Source: Octopus vulgaris (lineage: Eukaryota). From it: a stretch of 64,000 nt of DNA. This document shows, one piece after another, positions 27,328-41,291 of the stretch. Location of the stretch: positions 64,356,001 to 64,420,000 of the forward strand of contig OX597825.1 in assembly GCA_951406725.2 (NCBI GenBank), given 5' to 3'. Under the pieces are notes generated by a model. It searched no databases. It was not told the origin of the DNA and saw nothing but the letters and a program-made list of their open reading frames with translations. The position numbers and the translations under genes were made by a program. How positions within the stretch are numbered: the first letter of the stretch is position 1; each line of letters begins with the position of its first letter.

Positions 27328-27333
27328 TGTATG

Positions 27334-27582
27334 GTGGAGGCGCGTGGGTTAGTGGTTAGGGTGCCAGCATCATGATCGTAAGATTATGGTTTCGATTCCG
27401 GGACCGGTAGTCGCATTGTGTTCTTGAGCAAAACACTTCATTTCACGTTCCTCCAGTCCACTCAGCTGGCAAAAATGAGTAATGCTGCTGCGATGGATTG
27501 GCGTCCTGTCCAGCTGGACCACTTACGCCATTGAAATCAGGAAACCGGGCCCATCACCCTGGCTAGGCTTTAAAAGGGCGCA
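27334..27582 (+). mobile_element. SINE family C
   Basis: ggaggcgcgtgggttagtggttagg...tgtgttcttgagcaaaacacttcatttcacg...ctgcgatggattggcgtcctgtccag. Confidence 0.85.
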
Positions 27583-27584
27583 TT

Positions 27585-27641
<57 letters not shown>

Positions 27642-27800
27642 CTTTATTTAAAGCAGCAGAAAATTAAACAAAACATGTTACTCTGAGTTTCCCGTTGCCG
27701 TTCATCGGACAGTTTTTGCTAGAATAAAGCATATTACTCTACCACTGGTATTTGAGTACTCTTTTTTCCACCTTGTTTCACATTTATGTGTTTACTCCGG
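27642..27800. mobile_element. Second PLE-type terminal repeat family, partly inverted; hammerhead on minus strand at 27670-27716
   Basis: Minus strand AAAACUGU-CCGAUGA-ACG(GCAA)CGG-GAAA-CUCAGAG-UA-ACAUGUUUU. Shares aataaagcatattactctacc with 41673-41693. (TA)n on both sides. Confidence 0.7.
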
Positions 27801-27815
27801 TATATATATATAGAG

Positions 27816-27872
<57 letters not shown>

Positions 27873-27989
27873 CACAAACATCTATAAATGTATGCGTATG
27901 TGTGTGTATCTTTCACCTTTGTTCACTCATTTGGATGTAGCGATGATGGGGTACCGTCTCGAAGAAGTTTTAGTTCAATGTATCGACTC

Positions 27990-28500
27990 CTGTACATGTT
28001 TTTTTAAAAACCTGGTACTGACTCGTATTTAATCGATCTATTTTGCCGAACCGCTAATTTACGGAGACACAAACACATCACCACCGGTTGCTTTCCAAGT
28101 GGTGAGGGGGACAAACAGAGAATCAAGGATACACACACAGACACACACACACGCACACACACACACACACACACATACACATATACATATGTATGCATGG
28201 AATATACAGAAGAACGAGAAACGAAGGCAGCTGTGTAAACAAAAAGCCTACGCACTTCAACGGAAAAGAACAAGAGGAAACAAACAGAGAGAATAAAATA
28301 AAAAGAAATACCGTGTTTGGCGGTCCATCATTAACGGCCATACATGTTTATGACGGTTTCTCTCGGTTTCTGTCTACCAAATCCACTCACAATGCTCTGG
28401 TCGGTGCGTGGTTATAATAGAAGTCAACTGTACACAGGAAGTGGTACTGAAGCTTGGATCATGTTGTCCTGAAGCAGGCTTCTTACTATGTAACCATGCC
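27990..28500 (-). mobile_element. SINE family B, degenerate, with an extra ~150-bp internal segment
   Basis: ttttgccgaaccgctaa...aaacacatcaccaccggttg and tctaccaaatccactcacaa..ggtcgg blocks. Confidence 0.65.
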
Positions 28501-28600
28501 TGGAGATGTATGTATGTATGTATGTAAGTATGTATGTATGTATGTATGTATGTATATGCTAAAAAGTATTCGTGAAGAAATTCATGTAGCAACACCATTG

Positions 28601-28655
<55 letters not shown>

Positions 28656-28697
28656 CACCTGCCTTCGTCTTTTGTTTATTTTCATAAAGCTTCCCGT

Positions 28698-28729
<32 letters not shown>

Positions 28730-29429
28730 AAGAGACAGACATATAGACATACAGACAGAAAGAACACAGGTGTCTTAAGGTCCACTACAGATCTTATTTG
28801 TTACCAAAAATATAGAAAGTCATTTCCAGTCAGGTATTCGAATAGCCCCTATCACTCTCCTATAAGCAGGAAAATATAAACCATGCCCTGTACAACATAG
28901 CAAACCCATATACATGCACACACAAATACTTGCATACTTGCATACTCACACAACATACTACACCGCTAGTCACCTTGGCTTTCCAGCTGTTTGTATCATA
29001 CACTCGCCTTGCTTAACAACGTTAGTTGAAACGTTCCCTGTCAGTGACTCATTAGCTCTCAAACCACACGTAAGCACGTGCATATGCACACGCAATAACG
29101 CACGCATACACGCAAATAATTTTGTTCTTCTTAACTTATTACCTTCAATTCGCTTCGTTCTCATATCCAAGGAGTTCTAGTTTTCCATGTACCTACTTTT
29201 TTTCTTTGCTCATGAGATCATCCTGCATTGTCACACAACGTAGCTATTCCCAACACACTCTGTATTTTGCCACAGAAATTATTCGCAGGATTTTGCCAAT
29301 TTAATAAGACGCTTAGGGATCTCTCGAACGATGTAAAAATGCTTTGAAACATTTTCTTTCATCTCCACTATTTTAAGCACAATTTCAAAGAATACGAATG
29401 TTAGTAAATTAATAATAACAATAGCAATT

Positions 29430-29463
29430 TATTATTATTATCATTATTACTATTATCATTATT

Positions 29464-29552
<89 letters not shown>

Positions 29553-29605
29553 CATTATTATTATTATTATTATTATTATCATTATTATTATTATTATTAT
29601 TATTA

Positions 29606-29657
<52 letters not shown>

Positions 29658-29658
29658 C

Positions 29659-29710
<52 letters not shown>

Positions 29711-29779
29711 GCATTATCATTATTATTATTTTATTATCATTATCATCATCATTATCATCATCAACATCATCACCATCAG

Positions 29780-29852
<73 letters not shown>
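29430..29852. repeat. (ATT)n/(ATC)n microsatellite
   Basis: Read directly. Confidence 0.95.
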
Positions 29853-29856
<4 letters not shown>

Positions 29857-30395
29857 TTTTGTCATTCAGTTTTCTTTAGAACTCCTGGAGATTTGCATGC
29901 GTTGCGAGTTTGTTACCTGCAACCCAAGATATCATGCTACCTGATCTTTTGAAATATGTCATACATTCCTGAGAATTGTGGCCGTTCCAAGGAGACAAAA
30001 CTTATGTAACACCTCTACTAGACATTCTATTCCTATCTCCCTTATATTTCCCTTCAATGCCTTCTAATACTATCCCAACAACCCAAAAATAATTGTCACT
30101 ACCTTTTTCATTTTCCAAAGTCGAGCTATATCGTATATAAGACAATTTTATATATTTATCTTTTTACATTCTTTATTTATTACTTGTGGATAAAAGGAGC
30201 GCGCAACATCAATTATAGGAGTCATGTCTTTCACCTTGGATACTACCACTTTGGCCGACTGGTCGTCTGGCATTGGGAGATCCCACAGGATTTTGTAGTT
30301 CTTCGACTCCGCCACGCCGTGTATTTTGCGCTTATACCACGTCTTACATCTCTTTAGCATGCACTTTTCACACAGTCCGCTCTCTGGCCCCCACT
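29853..30395 (-). mobile_element. R4/Dong-like non-LTR retrotransposon 3' fragment (restriction-like endonuclease) in (TAA)n
   Basis: WYKRKIHGVAESKNYKILWD....VVV.K....IIDVA..Y...INKE.KK. Flanked by ATT/TAA repeats on both sides. Confidence 0.75.
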
Positions 30396-30880
30396 TTTTA
30401 CAAATTATTAATATTGTTGTTATTATTATCAGTATTATTATTATCGTTGTTGTTGTTATTATTATTATTGTCACCGACGTCATTATCATCATCATCATCA
30501 TCACCACCATTATCATCATCATTATTATCATCATCATTATCATCATCAAATTTATTTGCTTACTAAATCTTATAGGCCACCACTAACACAATAATTTGCA
30601 TATAGATGGTTCCAACATAAAAAATGCGTTCAAATGGCAACAGACAATTTGGAGCGTTGTGTCAACAATACCACCAGAAGGTGGTCAGTTCTTTTCTATT
30701 GTTATCTCTCTTTAATTCAATTTACTAAAAATTGCTAAAAAAAATTTGCAGCCAAACGTGACAGCGGTGATAAACAGCAATATTATTTTTCGTGGAATTA
30801 AAGTATATAATCAATGGGTGACTGTGATCAGCATTTCAGAAAATAGTTTGACAAATATAGCAGAAAGAAAACTTCATATA

Positions 30881-31490
30881 AAGGCGGCGAGTTGGCAGAA
30901 ACGTTATCACGCCGGGCGAAATGCTTAGCAGTATTTCCTCTGCCTCTACGTTCTGTGTTCAAATTCTTCCGAGGTCGACTTTGCCTTTCATCCTTTCGGT
31001 GTCGATAAATTAAGTACCAGTTACGCACTGGGGTCGATTTAATTGACATAATCCGTTTGTCTGTCCTTGTTTGTCCTTTCTGTCTTTATCCCAGTTTGCG
31101 TAGTAAAGAAATGGTTATTCCCTCAGTCGCTACATTCTGAGTTCAAATTCTTTCGAGGTCAACTTTGCCTTTCATCCTTTCGGCGTCGATAAATTAAGTA
31201 CCAGTTACGCACTGGGGTCGATGTAATCGACTTAATCCCTTTGTTTGTCTTTGTTTGTCCCCTCTATGTTTAGCCCCTTGTTGGCAATAAAGAAATAAGA
31301 AACATTAGCACGCTGGGCGAATTGCTTAGCGGTATTTCATCTGTCTTTACATCCTCAGTTAAAATTCCTCCGAGGTCGACTTTGCCTTTCATCCTTTCAG
31401 GGCCGATAAATTAGGTACCATTTGCAAACTGGGGTCACGTAATCAACTCTTACTCACCCCCGTAATTGTTGATCGTTGCCAATATTTGAA
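30881..31490 (+). mobile_element. SINE family A trimer
   Basis: Three successive gaggtc.actttgcctttcatcctttc cores, joined after aaagaaat tails. Confidence 0.85.
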
Positions 31491-32171
31491 ACAAATATTT
31501 CAAACATATAAGAAGGAAGGAATGGAGTTCGACACAATGAAACCGAGTGCATGACTGGTACATCCCTAGATTCTACATTCCTGGCAAAATATCATTATGC
31601 AAGTCGTAAACAGATAAACGCACGCAATTATTATCTAAAGAGCTATTCTGTTCTCATTTAGGAATCTTTCTCTGATGATATCAAGAGATATATTTGCGGC
31701 TGCTCTTAACTTCCTTCCTTCTTTTGCCAACAAAAAAAAAGAAGAGAAAAATAAATAAAAACCATTTACCTTTTAAATAGATTGGTTAAAAGACGGAGAA
31801 TCGAAATCTGAGTACGGACGCGCTTCGGCGAATACAGCACCGCATTATGGCGCCAACCTATCCTTCAAAAAGAAATTTAAGCAAACGTTTGTCTTCATCG
31901 TACATCTTAACTATAAGGAAAACATATCGTTTTCCTTTTTTTTCTTTCTTCTTTTCATTTACCCTCCACACTCCACGTTTTATATTAACATTGAAGACCT
32001 TTTTGTTGTGTCAGCGGTACCACGTAATGATATATTTCCGAAAGCCTTTCTCTCTAATTAAATATAAATACTCGCTTTTTATCTAACATCCTTTCCTTAA
32101 TCGCGCTGCATCCGTCGTTTTGGCCAACCTCTTCTTTACCTTTTACATTCCCCCTCTTCTTCTTTTTCAGA

Positions 32172-32317
32172 ATCATCATCATCATCATCATCATCATTAT
32201 CATCCTAAGCATCAGCATCATCATCAGCAGCAGCAGCATAAGCATCATCATCATCATCATCACCATTATCATCATCACCATCATCATCATCATCATCATT
32301 ATCATCATCATCACCAC

Positions 32318-32358
<41 letters not shown>

Positions 32359-32482
32359 CATCATCACCATTATCGTCATTCATCATCACCATCAACATCA
32401 TCATCATCATCACCATCAACATCATCATCATCATCACCATCAACATCATCATCACCATCAACATCATCATCAACATCATCAA

Positions 32483-32519
<37 letters not shown>

Positions 32520-33208
32520 TTTGTCTTTTTATGTTCAAATTTTCTTTTATTCTTTCTTCATCTTCTTTATTCTATTTTTGCTTCTTCTCCGCCTACTTCA
32601 TCATCGTCGTGTTCTTGCTTTACTTCTTGATCTTCTTCCAAACCGTTTTTTCTCTCCTCTTTCCCTTCTTCAAACTCTTCTTTGATATTGTTTGTTATTG
32701 GTGTTGTTGCTGTTGTTGCTTTCGTTGTTCAGATTTTTCCCCTCCTAAATTTCGCCCTCTTCTTTTCTTTCTCTTATTCTTACACTTGTTCTGTTTCATA
32801 TTTTTCTACACTAATCTACGAGCTCTTCTTGTTTATCTTCTTTATCATCATTATCACAACTATCCTCATCATCTTCATCATCATAATAACCATCATCAAC
32901 AGCATCATCATCATGTGCAACAGAACATCAATAATAGTGCTAGAATCATCATCATTATCTTCTTCTTCTTCTTCTTCTTCTTCTTCTTCTTCTTCATCAT
33001 CGTCATCATCATCGGATCATCACCATCATCATCACCACCACCATCATCATCATCATCATCATCATCAAACTTCTCATTATCATTACTGTCATAATTCTCA
33101 CCATCATCATTATCATCAACATCACCATCGTCAACAACCTTATCATTATCATTACTGTGATAATTCTCATCATCATCATCTTCATCTTCTCTTATCTTAT
33201 CATCATCA

Positions 33209-33241
<33 letters not shown>

Positions 33242-33720
33242 TATCATCATCATCATCATCATCATAATCATCATCATCATCATCATCATCATAACAATCT
33301 TCTCGAACAATATTTTCCTTTCTAAACATTTATCCGTTTTTTTTAAATCTTTATTTTCGCTGGTGTTTCTTTCAGTGTAAGCGTTTTTACCCTGTCTGCC
33401 ATATTCTTCACATGGCTACACTAAATTTATAAACCAGTGAAACCCACAAAACAATTATCTATTTTATTATTTCTCTTTCACATCCCGAACAAGGTTCTTA
33501 TCATTGACATGGCACCAGCCATGCATTTCTTCGCGTCACCATCGTCGCTTTCATTGTCGTTGCCCTCGTCGTCGTCGTCGTCGTCATCTTTGGCGTCTTC
33601 CTCAACATCATCATCATCATCATCATCATCATCACATCATCTTCATCATCATTGTCATTATTATCATTAGTGATCAGTCATTAATATTGTTATAACGAGT
33701 ACAAGACGACTAGCTCCAAA

Positions 33721-33785
<65 letters not shown>

Positions 33786-33868
33786 AACTTCTACTACTAC
33801 TGCTACTACTACTACTACTACTACTACTAATAATAATAATAATAATAATAATAACAATGATGATGATG

Positions 33869-33901
<33 letters not shown>

Positions 33902-33978
33902 GTGACGATGATGATGATGATGATGATGATAATAATAATAATAATAATAATAATATTGATAATAATAATAATAATAAT

Positions 33979-34027
<49 letters not shown>

Positions 34028-34075
34028 GTAATAATAATAATAATAATAATAATACGACTACGACGGTGGTGGTGG
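32172..34075. repeat. Cluster of (CAT)n, (CTT)n, (TAC)n and (TAA)n trinucleotide repeats
   Basis: Read directly. Explains the poly-H/I/S/L ORFs. Confidence 0.95.
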
Positions 34076-34380
34076 TGATCAAGACGATGACTAATACTAC
34101 TTATAGAAGTATTTTTTAATGACCCGCTGAGTCGGTAAAGTCGATAGTGCGTAGGACCAATTACTCAGCGTTTTTTGATTCTGCCTTTCTACACACTGAG
34201 TTGAAATCGTGTCATGGTGGCCTTTGGTTTTTACCATTTCAAATTCGTTAAACTAAAATGCCAGTCAACTACTGGGTCAAGGAAATCGATTAAATTATCC
34301 CAGCCCACTGTCAAATTTCGTGACCTCCTGCATCTAGTAGAAAATATGATAATAATAATACTGATAATAATAATAATAAC

Positions 34381-34411
<31 letters not shown>

Positions 34412-34872
34412 GATGGGCTACAGCAAATATTCTGCTCAATACCACAGATTTGCTTGTCAGTTGTTTGACCTTAACCAGTAGAGTATGTCCCTGAGTGGCT
34501 GACGATATGTGCATCTCTGATCACGAGCAGAAGTAGTGGGGGAGCATCATAGCCATGTGTTGAGAGGGATTCTTTGGGGTTTGAATAGTTCACCTCTGGA
34601 AACATGGGTGGTTCTTTCAACATCCTTAAACAACCCTTATTCAGGGACCGTTTGAGTGGGATGGGCTACTCAACCTGAAGAAAATTCTAACTGGGCCCCA
34701 CCTGCAAGGTCATGTGCTGTTTATCTTGATATGAGATCACCATGTCGCGCACATATGGTTGTGATGCATGTGCCTGGTGTACCTTTATCAGACGGGTAGT
34801 CATGATGGGTATATTGGGCTTCGTATATTTTACCCCAGTGTCACTTTGATGGCATGAGCTGCTCTCTCACTC
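34412..34872 (+). mobile_element. ~460-bp non-coding element inserted in (AAT)n, probable 3' UTR of a TAA-targeting retroelement
   Basis: Complex sequence bounded on both sides by (AAT)n and absent from the duplicated locus at 35321-36010. Confidence 0.55.
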
Positions 34873-34919
<47 letters not shown>

Positions 34920-34972
34920 TAACAATAACATTAACAACAACAATAACAACAACAACAATAACAACAATAATA

Positions 34973-35037
<65 letters not shown>

Positions 35038-35320
35038 TGCTAATAGAAACTGAAAAAATGTGGCATCTCAAGGCGACTAGAGTACCAGTGATTGTAGGAT
35101 GTCTAGAAATGATATAAAAAGTTACTGAAACCTATTTGAAAATGATACCAGGCTTACCATCCCTACAGGAAGTGCAAAACATCGTATTAACTAGAACGGC
35201 TCATGTACTGAGAAGAGCATTATCGCTGTGAAAACAACATCCACCCATGAGTTTATTTATCTGTGAATTTGTGTGCATAATCTGGCAATGCATACAATGA
35301 GCTTCTCTGCCCTAGGTGTA
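35038..35320 (+). mobile_element. R4/Dong-like ORF C-terminus, copy 1
   Basis: IETEKMWHLKATRVPVIVGCLEMI..IPGLPSLQEVQ.IVL..TAHVLRRALSL*. Preceded by (AAT)n. Confidence 0.8.
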
Positions 35321-35554
35321 CGTAAAGTCGATAGTGTGTAGGACCAAATGCTCAGCGTTTTGATTCTGCTTTTCTACACACAGAATTGAAATCGTATCAT
35401 GGTGGCCTTTGGTTTTTACCATTTCAAATTCGTTAAACTAAAATACCAGTCAACTACTGGGTCAAGGAAATCGATTAAATTATCCCAGCCCACTGTCAAA
35501 TTTCGTGGCCTCCTGCATCTAGTAGAAAATATGATAATAATAATACTGATGATG

Positions 35555-35609
<55 letters not shown>

Positions 35610-35658
35610 TAACAACAACAATAACAATAACAACAACAATAATAATAACAATAATAGT

Positions 35659-35716
<58 letters not shown>

Positions 35717-35730
35717 GTAATAGTAATAAT

Positions 35731-36060
35731 TGCTAATAGAAACTGAAAAAATGTGGCATCTCAATGTGACTAGAGTACCAGTGATTGTAGGATATCTAGA
35801 AATGATATAAAAAGGTACTGAAACCTATTTGAAAATGATACCAGGCTTACCATCCCTACAGGAAGTGCAAAACAACGTATTAACTGGAACGGCTCATGTA
35901 CTGAGAAGAGCATTATCGCTGTGAAAACAACATCCACCCATGAGTTTATTTATCTGTGAATTTGTGTGCATAATCTGGGAATGCATACAATGAGCTTCTC
36001 TGCCCTAGGTGTACGGAAAACACCCGGCGAGAAACGAAAATTTGAAGAAGGAAAAATAAA
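35731..36060 (+). mobile_element. R4/Dong-like ORF C-terminus, copy 2
   Basis: Near-identical to 35038-35320. Embedded in (AAT)n. Confidence 0.8.
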
Positions 36061-36095
36061 TAAATAATAATAATAATGATAATAATAATAATAAT

Positions 36096-36146
<51 letters not shown>

Positions 36147-36147
36147 T

Positions 36148-36306
36148 CAGGAGTGGCTATGTTTATTGTCGCAGGATTGGGTGTGTGGTTAGTAGCTTAA
36201 TTACCAACCTCATGGTTCCTGGTTCAGTCGCACTTTCTACTATAGCCTCGGGTCGACCAAAGCCTTGTGAGTCGAACTGGTAGACGGAAACTGAAAGAAG
36301 CCCGTC

Positions 36307-36391
<85 letters not shown>

Positions 36392-36570
36392 CCCCACCAT
36401 CGCTTGGTGTGTTTACATTCCAGTAGCTTAACTGTTCTGCAAAAGAAACCGATAGAATAAGTACTAAGCTTACAATAAATATATCTTGGGGTTAATTTGT
36501 TTGAATAAAGGCGTTGATCAAGCATGGCCGCTGTCAAATCAATGACAGAAATAAAAGAATAAACGAATAC
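36148..36570 (+). mobile_element. SINE family B
   Basis: tagcctcgggtcgaccaaagccttgtgag...(TA)n(TG)n...gatagaataagtac. Confidence 0.85.
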
Positions 36571-37095
36571 TTTCTGCTATAGTCACAAGGCCTGAAATTT
36601 TGGGAGAGGTGACTAGAGGGAGGGGCTATCTCGATTACATCGACTCAAGTACTCACCAGTTAGTGATGTTGTCGTTGTTGTTGTTGTTAATGTTGATGTT
36701 GTTGCTGTTGTTGTTGTTAGCATTATTATTAAATCTGTTACATACTACAATATTTTTTAATGTTGGGTTGATGCTTGGTGACAATAAACCTCGTAAGACT
36801 TTTCTTGGGATTATAGCAGGTTTAAGAATGCCACTTGAATGCTTCTTGCCAATGTAAGTTTCTGTTACAATATCTCACAAACTCTTACATTTTTACATAT
36901 TTTGCCATGTGCACCAGTTAACAAAAATAATTGTCATCTTAATCTTCAACACCCTCTTCACGTCTGGCTACGTCTTTATATTTCTCTTTTCACAAATTCT
37001 TTGACGTCGTCTGTATTTTCAATGGTTCATACGGTATAAAGACTTCAGAATTTATACAGTGTTTATTTTTTTTAGTCCTCTACAATCATATACAC

Positions 37096-37288
37096 TTACT
37101 CTCTTTTACTTGTTTTAGTCATTTGACTGCGTCCATGCTGGAGCACCGCCTTTAGTCGAGTAAATCGACCCCAGCACTCCGTAAGCCTAGTACTTATTCT
37201 ATCGGTCTCTTATGCGGAACCGCTAAGTTACGGGGATGTAAACACCACCATCGGTTGTCAAGCGATGTTGGGGGGACATCACAGACAC

Positions 37289-37341
<53 letters not shown>

Positions 37342-37496
37342 CATATATACTACGGGCTTCTTTCAATTTCCGTCTCCCAAATCCACTCACGACGCAAGAG
37401 TAGAAGACACTTGCCCGAGGTGCCATGCAATGGGACTGAACCCGGAACCATGTGGTTGGTAAACAAGCTTCTTACCACACAGCCACTCCTGCGCCT
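37096..37496 (-). mobile_element. SINE family B
   Basis: Near-complete copy with internal deletion. Confidence 0.9.
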
Positions 37497-37959
37497 ATAT
37501 AAGAAATCTTTCTATCAAACATATTATGAGACGTCATGGCAAAATTCCTTAAAACATTGAAATTATTATACTTCATCACAGTTTCTGGTCCATGTTCGTA
37601 ACACTTTTCTGATACAACGAATCTGATCACTGGTCTAATATTCCGTTGCATTCTGGTATCAACACCTGACAAACCCTAGTTTTTAAACGTTTTATGATAG
37701 CTTACCGAATTCTCTTAGATTCTGCGTTTGGACTTCAATTAAGTTATTTTTTGCATGAATTTTTGCCTTTACCAAATTCGGTCCTCAAACGCCTAAAATA
37801 AATAAAAGAATTTGTTCTCTAGGTTCATGTATCCATTCTTCCAACCGAAACTTCCGACAGTCAGGTTTTGTTACAATATCTGACATTACATAACTTTGTC
37901 TCGCAGTGTAGATGGTAAATGCACCGGAGTGTTTAGTCATCTGTCAAGTGACAAGGATC

Positions 37960-38160
37960 TCAGACAGATAATACTTTTCTTAAAATGTGTGCAGTACCTA
38001 GCAAGGCTGATTTTCGTATGACCTCAATCTTGCAAGGTACTCTCAGCCGCTTTAAGACATTTTGAATTTACAGTAGGATTTACCGAAATGCGCCAATCAC
38101 AACTGGTATCACTTTACCTTACGTTCTCATATTTAAAGTAGTTTTTCCATCTACCACTTT
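37960..38160 (-). mobile_element. RLE-type non-LTR C-terminal fragment
   Basis: VKVIPVVIGA...IEVIRKSALLGTAHIL. Confidence 0.7.
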
Positions 38161-38169
38161 ATTTGCTGG

Positions 38170-38290
38170 GGCCGACTTTGCCTTTCATCGTTTCGCTTTC
38201 GATAAATTAAGTACCAGTGGAACACTGGGGCTGAGGTAATCGACTTATTCCAACCTCGAGCTTGCTTGCTCTGTGCTTAAAATTTAGAAT
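38170..38290 (+). mobile_element. SINE family A core fragment
   Basis: gactttgcctttcatcgtttcg..tcgataaattaagtaccag. Confidence 0.65.
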
Positions 38291-38329
38291 CTATATCGGT
38301 GTTGCTGTTGTTGTTATCGTATGCTGCCT

Positions 38330-39060
38330 TGTTATCGCAATTAGCAGGATTCTTGCAGAATATAGAACGGTACTTTTCTTCAGGTTGACATTGCAAGTAT
38401 CACTTGCAACATCTTTCAGACATTTAGGCAACATTTTCGGTGTTGTGGAATGTGCAATAATAGACACAGGAATAATTATTGTCTTAGTTTTCCCCATTCT
38501 CTTCAACTATCTGTCTAGACCCTGTTGTTGTTTTCTTGTTGTTCTTTCCTGTCTGATGGCGGAGGTGGTGCAGCTCACATTTGTGTGTTCTTCAGATCCA
38601 ATATAACTGATGTGTTCTTTCTTATGTGAGGTCAGTTATTGCACTTCTTTACATGTTCTTTAAACTTAATCTCTTTATCATTGTGCCCGTCAATGTAATT
38701 ATCTATTTGTTATGAACTGTATGACTGTATCGACCAGACTTGGATATTTTTACAATCGTTGTTTACACATCACGACTCCTTCAGTTGTTGTTGCTTTCAA
38801 ATCATGCCACCACGCTGGCTTATCGAGAGTGCCATCCTGAGCAGGATGCTAATTCGTCTCTGTGTTCGCCATTTACAACTGATTGGAGAAGAGGAGAAAA
38901 TTTCTTGTGGTGTTCCTTCTGGTTCTTTAAATCTTGTAATGTTATCCAGTAGCGATCATCGTTCGAGTTAGAATTTTCGGGTTCGATAGTTTATGGTATC
39001 GATCCACTTCTCTGGTCAATTTAGTTGACAAACTGCTCGCATAATTTTCCTAGTCTTCTG
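38330..39060 (-). mobile_element. Degenerate RLE-type non-LTR fragment
   Basis: TIIIPVSII...LKKSTVLYSARIL (cf. PVVIG...QKSALLGTARIL), with upstream AQDG and HN-like motifs. Confidence 0.55.
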
Positions 39061-39824
39061 TCTTTGCTAGAAACGGTTCTTATTAGATTATTATAAGCAA
39101 TGAAACTGCAACATCAGTGAAGTGTCTGGCAGAAATACTGAGCATTATTTGATGCGACACCCTAACGTCTGTGTTCAAAACCTATTGCAGGCAACATTAC
39201 AATTCATTCAGGCAATCAATAAAAAAAGTACCAATGAAGGACTGTAATCCAAATTATGAAGTAAAGGAACTGATATAAGTAAATTCTATGCATATACATG
39301 TACACACAAATGGCTATTATAAAGGATTCAAAATTGCACTTGAAATTGAGAGGGAAATAATGTTGAAAGATTCTGAATGTATAAAAAAGATTATAAATAC
39401 AATATATTCAGTTTTATATTTGTGGCTTATGAAACATTTCAGTTATGCCTTGCACTTTATAACGGTATATACATTTCGATAATTCTTGCCGAAAACTGCG
39501 CAATGGAGTAGAATAACATAATTTGAAGTGCTTTGCTTTTTGTTTATATTATACGAAACAAACACATAAAAAAATCAAAGTGAAATATAGTATACAATCA
39601 CAGATGTTGAAAATGAAAATTTAAGAATACACGGAACTACGCATAATAAATTATATGTAATGATATTGGCAGAAGAGAAATTGGAAACGCAACAAAACGA
39701 ATACAAACAAAAAGAAAGCAAATACATCCCAGCACTACTCCAAACATACAAAAAAATTCTTGATTACAAATAAAGAATAACATTCTCGCGGAATTACAAA
39801 ATGTAAATCTTATATTTTTACATG

Positions 39825-40015
39825 TGTATGCATGCATATATATATATATATATTCATATTCATATTCATATATATATATTTATATATGTATGTATATGTA
39901 TGTATATGTATATATATGTATATGTATATGTACATGTATATATATATGTATGTGTATATATGTATATATATATATGTGTATATATGTATATATATATATA
40001 TGTATATATCTGTAC

Positions 40016-40046
<31 letters not shown>

Positions 40047-40066
40047 ACATTATATATGCATATATA

Positions 40067-40155
<89 letters not shown>
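39825..40155. repeat. (TA)n-rich microsatellite
   Basis: Read directly. Confidence 0.95.
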
Positions 40156-40157
<2 letters not shown>

Positions 40158-40724
40158 TTAATCCAAACATGCATGTGTATGACTATGCTTGCATGTATGT
40201 GTGCATTTGTATTTATGTGTGCGTGTGTATGACTATGTACGTATGTATGCATGTACGTTTGCCTGTATGTATCTATATATGTACGTAATGGTGTACATAT
40301 GCGATGTGTTAGTGTGTGTGTGCTTCGTTTTGTGTAACCTATCGGCCTCAATCACAGAGCGTAATTTTGTAGGTGAAACCCAAGTACATTAATTCCCTAG
40401 TCAACCTTTTTAATGTACATAATCGGCATTTTGCGTTTGTGGCGAAATTTTGCGAACGACTAAACACAATCCCAGACATAGGAAGTCATATATTATCAAA
40501 TTTCATTATTTCTAACATAATAAAGTGTGTACGCAAGAATGTATGCAAATTCTGTTTGTGCTCGTGTTAGCTTATATCTGTACTTTCTCTTGTATATGTA
40601 TGGAGCCGTTGATTGTTTCCACATATTAACTCATTGTGATAATACATGTACATGCAGCCCTGTACAAGTAATTACGCACATAAATATAAGTGCATTTACA
40701 CGTAGAGAGATGCGCACAAACATG

Positions 40725-40798
<74 letters not shown>

Positions 40799-41032
40799 AA
40801 TATATAATTAATCAATATACTCTAAGGGCCTATGGTGGATTGGCTTGATTTAATTTAATCAGGTTAGTTTACCATTAAACGGTAGATGAAACGGTGCATC
40901 GTCTAAGAAATTACAGGGTAAATGTTTTTCAATTTTCTCCTGGTTTACGGAATTAATGTTATTTTGCGGTTAAAGCTTTTGGCTGTTATTTCTAGTGGGT
41001 GAATGGCCTATTATGGCCGTTCCTTGATTGCG

Positions 41033-41082
<50 letters not shown>

Positions 41083-41291
41083 TTCGTTTTGGGATTTCGT
41101 TTGCAAGAAAGATTCTTTGTATGAGTTCGTGTGTTGAGAGTCAAGACTATTGAAAAGGTTGCAAGACACAACGAAAATATTAGAAAATAAAAATAAGAAA
41201 TAAGTGGAAATTTTACCGGTGAGTGTTAAATAATAAGGCACTAAATGAGAATGACTCTCCCCAGACACAACAGTATATATATATATATTAT

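Noticed and set aside
32054-34082. Poly-His/Met/Ile/Leu ORFs
   Set aside because: Trinucleotide microsatellites with no splice or coding evidence.
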